Source of the DNA: Gemmatimonas sp. | GTDB lineage: Bacteria > Gemmatimonadota > Gemmatimonadetes > Longimicrobiales > Longimicrobiaceae | Assembly: GCA_009380025.1 (NCBI GenBank) | Contig: WHSP01000001.1 | Location: 28,860-92,859, forward strand | Length of the DNA: 64,000 bases | Reading direction: 5' to 3' | Shown: positions 61,480 to 64,000 of the stretch, piece by piece | Position numbering within the stretch: the stretch's first letter is position 1 | How the letters are laid out: every line of letters begins with the position of its first letter | The notes under the pieces: generated by a model | Seen by the model: the letters and a program-made list of their open reading frames with translations, nothing else | Databases searched by the model: none | Told to the model about the DNA's origin: nothing | Position numbers and translations under genes: made by a program

Positions 61480-61822
61480 CGGATTGGATGAATCGTGTGA
61501 GCATGCGGCGCACAGTGCTGATCTTCTGCCTGAGCTCCCTGTGCGTCTCGAGAGGAAGATAGGCAAGGTCGCTGCAGACGAGGAGATGATACTCCAATTC
61601 ATTGATGGAGCCACGAGCGATTCGGCAGAATCGGGCGAGCTCCGGTCCGCTTCCTCGCCCGGTTCCTTCGGCGATGTTCGCTGCCACCGATACGGCTGCT
61701 CTTCTGACCTGTGACGAAAGACCGTACCTTTCATCTTTGGGGAATACGAGCGTGACTTTGTACACGGCCAACACCAATGCGTGCGCGTGCTGCCACACGA
61801 CCAGCTTCCGATAGTCGCTCAT
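61454..61822 (-). CDS. four-helix-bundle protein (23S rRNA intervening-sequence protein / Avd-like family)
   Basis: MSDYRKLVVWQHAH...RYGLSSQVRRAAVSVAANIAEG...ARGSINELEYHLLV is the family signature as I recall it. ATG 61822 chosen. Confidence 0.8.
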   Translation of the reverse strand: MSDYRKLVVWQHAHALVLAVYKVTLVFPKDERYGLSSQVRRAAVSVAANIAEGTGRGSGPELARFCRIARGSINELEYHLLVCSDLAYLPLETHRELRQKISTVRRMLTRFIQSVTGETGNW

Positions 61823-61949
61823 TGGGAGGCGCCTGATGGGAAGGACAACGAGGGAAAGGGCAGGAAACACCGCAGGATTAAGAAGGCCGGCAACTGCCAG
61901 CTGGCAACCTACTATCTGAGCCGATCGAGGCGCCACCTGCCGTTTCCGA

Positions 61950-62327
61950 ATGGAGCAGGCGATGGAGAGGAAAGATGTGACTCCGTCACCGGAGAGAGGG
62001 TCGGGAAGCTACACCGACCCGGCGACCATCGGGCTACGAGTTAAGGGCCAGGATGAAGTGTGGTCGATTGTGACGGAAATGCGCCGGCGATTCGAGGAGC
62101 TTTACGGCGACCGGCTCCGCGGCCTTTACATGTTCGGATCCTACGCGCGTGGTGAGGCCCGGCCGGGCAGCGATCTGGATGTCCTGTTGGTGCTCGACCT
62201 GATCGACTCATACTGGGCGGAAATCGAACGTGGTGGCGGCATCACCGCTGAGCTCTCCCTCGAGCACGATCTCCCCATTACGCGCGTCTTCGTGTCCGAG
62301 GCAGCTTGGCTGACCGCCAACGGGTAA
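61950..62327 (+). CDS. minimal nucleotidyltransferase-domain protein (Pol-beta superfamily, MntA-like)
   Basis: LYMFGSYARGEARPGSDLDVLLVLD is the G-S-x(n)-D-x-D nucleotidyltransferase motif. 125 aa. Confidence 0.75.
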   Translation: MEQAMERKDVTPSPERGSGSYTDPATIGLRVKGQDEVWSIVTEMRRRFEELYGDRLRGLYMFGSYARGEARPGSDLDVLLVLDLIDSYWAEIERGGGITAELSLEHDLPITRVFVSEAAWLTANG

Positions 62328-62367
62328 ACTGGCAACTGGCATCCGGCAACTGGTAACTGGTAACCAG
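62326..62367. repeat. period-7 array, family GGTAACT, inverted relative to 61445-61479; right boundary of the 4HB/NTase pair
   Basis: AAACTGG CAACTGG CATCCGG CAACTGG TAACTGG TAACCAG. It starts within the NTase TAA stop (62325-62327) and ends 4 nt from the relA stop. Confidence 0.75.
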
Positions 62368-62370
62368 TCA

Positions 62371-64000
62371 TCACCCTTCCGTCGTCAGATCGCTCGATCC
62401 GAAGTGCTCGCGGCGCTCGACGGTCAGCACGCCCTTCACCTTGCGGATCGCGTTCAACACCTTCTTGAGGTGACCGAGGTTCTCGACCTCGACTACGAAT
62501 TCGCCGCGCATCCCGAGCTCTTCCGCCTGGATGTTGACGCTCTTGATGTTGGTCTGGGCAGTGGTGATGGTGCTGGCGATGTCGGCGACGAGGCCGCGGC
62601 GGTCGGTGCCCTCGAGCTCGAGGCGAACGAAGAAGCGCTCGCCGGACTCGGCCTCCCATTCGATCTCGACCCGACGCTCCGGGTGGTCGGCGAGGTTGAG
62701 GACGTTGGGGCAGTCGGCCCGGTGGATCGAGACGCCTCGACCGCGGGTGATGTAGCCGATCACCTGATCTCCCGGTAACGGCTGACAGCACTGGGAGTAA
62801 CGGACCATCAGGTTTTCCATCCCCTGGATGCGAACGCCGGGCGACTTGCCGCGGACGCGGGAGACGAGCCGTTCGAACGCGGAGGGGGGTCGTTCCGGCT
62901 CGTTGGATTCGGGCGCATCCGGCCAGAGCTCACGGAACACCTGTACGGGCCCGACATCGCCGCGGCCCAGAGCGGCGAAGAGGTGATTCTTGTCGGGGAA
63001 GTCGAGGGCCAGCGCGACATCCTCGAAGCGCTCCTCCCCCACCTTGCCCCGCCGCATCTTCCGGATCTCGCGCTCGATGAACTCCTTGCCGAGGCGCACG
63101 GAGCTGCCGAACTCCTCGTCGCGGATCCACTGTCGGATCTTGTTGCGAGCGCGCGCGGTCTTGACGAACGCCAGCCAATCGCGGGATGGCCGCTGCTTTG
63201 CATCCGTCATGACCTCCACCGTGTCTCCATTCCGGAGCTCACGGGAAAGCGGCGTGATCCGACCGTTGACCTTGGCGCCTGCGCACCGGATGCCGACCTC
63301 GGTGTGAACCGCAAACGCGAAATCGATCGGCGTGGCCCCTCGCGGTAGCTGCTTCACGTCGCCCTGAGGAGTGAAGACGAAGATCTCATCCTGGAAGAGA
63401 TCAATCTTCAGGAACTCCATGAACTCCTCGGGCTCCCGAGTCTCCTGCTGCCACTCGAGAACCTGTCGGAACCAGGTCAGCGTCTCATCGACCTCGTTCC
63501 CCGTCCTCACTCCCTCCTTGTACTTCCAGTGGGCCGCGATGCCGTACTCCGCAGTCCGGTGCATCTCCTTGGTGCGAATCTGGATCTCGTACAGACGGCC
63601 GCCCGGGCCGAAGATCGTGGTGTGGAGCGACCGGTAGAGGTTGGACTTCGGCGTTGCGATGTAATCGTGGAAGCGCTCCTGGAGCGGCGTCCACTTGTTG
63701 TGGATGATGCCGAGCGCATGATAGCAATCGGCGATCGTCTCGACGACGACGCGCATCGCCATGAGGTCGTAGATCTCCTCGTAGGGCTTGTCGCGCCGGA
63801 TCATCTTGCGGTGGATCGACCAGAGGTGCTTCGGGCGCCCGGTGACCTCGCACTCGATCCCCGCCGCGGCGAGATCCGCCGCGAGCGGTTTGCGGAGGCG
63901 CTCGAGGAGGTCTTCCCGGTCGTGCCGCTTCTCCGTGATGTTCCTCGCCAGCTCGCGGTAGGCGTCCGGCTCCAGGAACTTGAAGGCGAGGTCCTCCAGC
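62371..64000 (-). CDS. relA: long RelA/SpoT-homologue (p)ppGpp synthetase; N-terminus lies outside the window
   Basis: The frame stays open to the window edge. GRPKHLWSIHRKM, YRSLHTTI (synthetase), the TGS block IFVFTPQGDVKQLPRGATPIDFAFAVHTEVG and a C-terminal ACT-like domain. The hydrolase domain is not visible, so relA versus spoT is undecided. Confidence 0.9.
   Translation of the reverse strand, partial: LEDLAFKFLEPDAYRELARNITEKRHDREDLLERLRKPLAADLAAAGIECEVTGRPKHLWSIHRKMIRRDKPYEEIYDLMAMRVVVETIADCYHALGIIHNKWTPLQERFHDYIATPKSNLYRSLHTTIFGPGGRLYEIQIRTKEMHRTAEYGIAAHWKYKEGVRTGNEVDETLTWFRQVLEWQQETREPEEFMEFLKIDLFQDEIFVFTPQGDVKQLPRGATPIDFAFAVHTEVGIRCAGAKVNGRITPLSRELRNGDTVEVMTDAKQRPSRDWLAFVKTARARNKIRQWIRDEEFGSSVRLGKEFIEREIRKMRRGKVGEERFEDVALALDFPDKNHLFAALGRGDVGPVQVFRELWPDAPESNEPERPPSAFERLVSRVRGKSPGVRIQGMENLMVRYSQCCQPLPGDQVIGYITRGRGVSIHRADCPNVLNLADHPERRVEIEWEAESGERFFVRLELEGTDRRGLVADIASTITTAQTNIKSVNIQAEELGMRGEFVVEVENLGHLKKVLNAIRKVKGVLTVERREHFGSSDLTTEG

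Noticed and set aside
61823-61949. SOS (LexA) box upstream of uvrB/ssb
   Set aside because: No CTGT-N8-ACAG or GAAC-N4-GTTC type box is seen upstream of uvrB, the four-helix-bundle gene or ssb. The lineage-specific LexA motif is unknown to me, so this is absence of recognisable evidence only.
61454-62327. Classic MNT-HEPN toxin-antitoxin pair, or a diversity-generating retroelement (Avd-family protein)
   Set aside because: The two genes are divergent rather than in one operon. The four-helix-bundle protein lacks an R-x(4-6)-H HEPN motif (it has R-x8-H in RGSINELEYH). No reverse transcriptase or template/variable repeat pair is present. I kept the locus as an unexplained cassette instead.

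Overview
This is a GC-rich window, almost fully coding and mostly on the minus strand. It looks like core chromosome of a diderm bacterium. The PorX-like regulator, the Tol-Pal/LptD/LPS-core genes and the overall style suggest the Gemmatimonadota/FCB neighbourhood, but that is inference only. All calls rest on motifs I recognise in the supplied translations; I ran no searches.

Gene content, left to right:
- a GGDEF fragment
- an in-frame GNAT::ProC ORF
- a MacAB-like efflux trio and ETF-QO
- an alpha-glucan/trehalose cluster (glgE, glgX, treY, glgB), then tal-tkt
- a PRC-barrel/DUF2382 stress protein, a cupredoxin-like protein with cytochrome c, and two TPR proteins
- a CNNM transporter and two alpha/beta hydrolases
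- an LPS-core cluster (hldD, DUF3108, GT2, lpxL-family, two GT9, degT, msbA) with a PorX-like REC-PglZ regulator embedded in it
- tonB, a lipoprotein, lptD, two tandem tatC genes and nrdR
- a complete tolQRAB-pal-ybgF operon, preceded by a ccsA-like gene and hemA
- ssb, then tsaE-tsaB-rimI, uvrB, a small four-helix-bundle/nucleotidyltransferase pair, and relA/spoT running off the window edge

I found no rRNA, tRNA, CRISPR array, transposase, integrase or recognisable defence island.

The most unusual signal is non-coding. Short tandem arrays with a strict 7-nt period, in three sequence families, sit at gene boundaries. They often occur as inverted pairs and repeatedly supply the stop codon of the adjacent gene. 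One inverted pair brackets the four-helix-bundle/nucleotidyltransferase pair like a cassette.

Secondary observations are the GNAT::ProC fusion, the tandem tatC paralogues, PorX translationally coupled to msbA, two families of GC-rich palindromic repeats, and several leader or terminator structures. Start codons are often ambiguous: the ORF track uses the longest ATG/GTG/TTG ORF, and I trimmed many of them.
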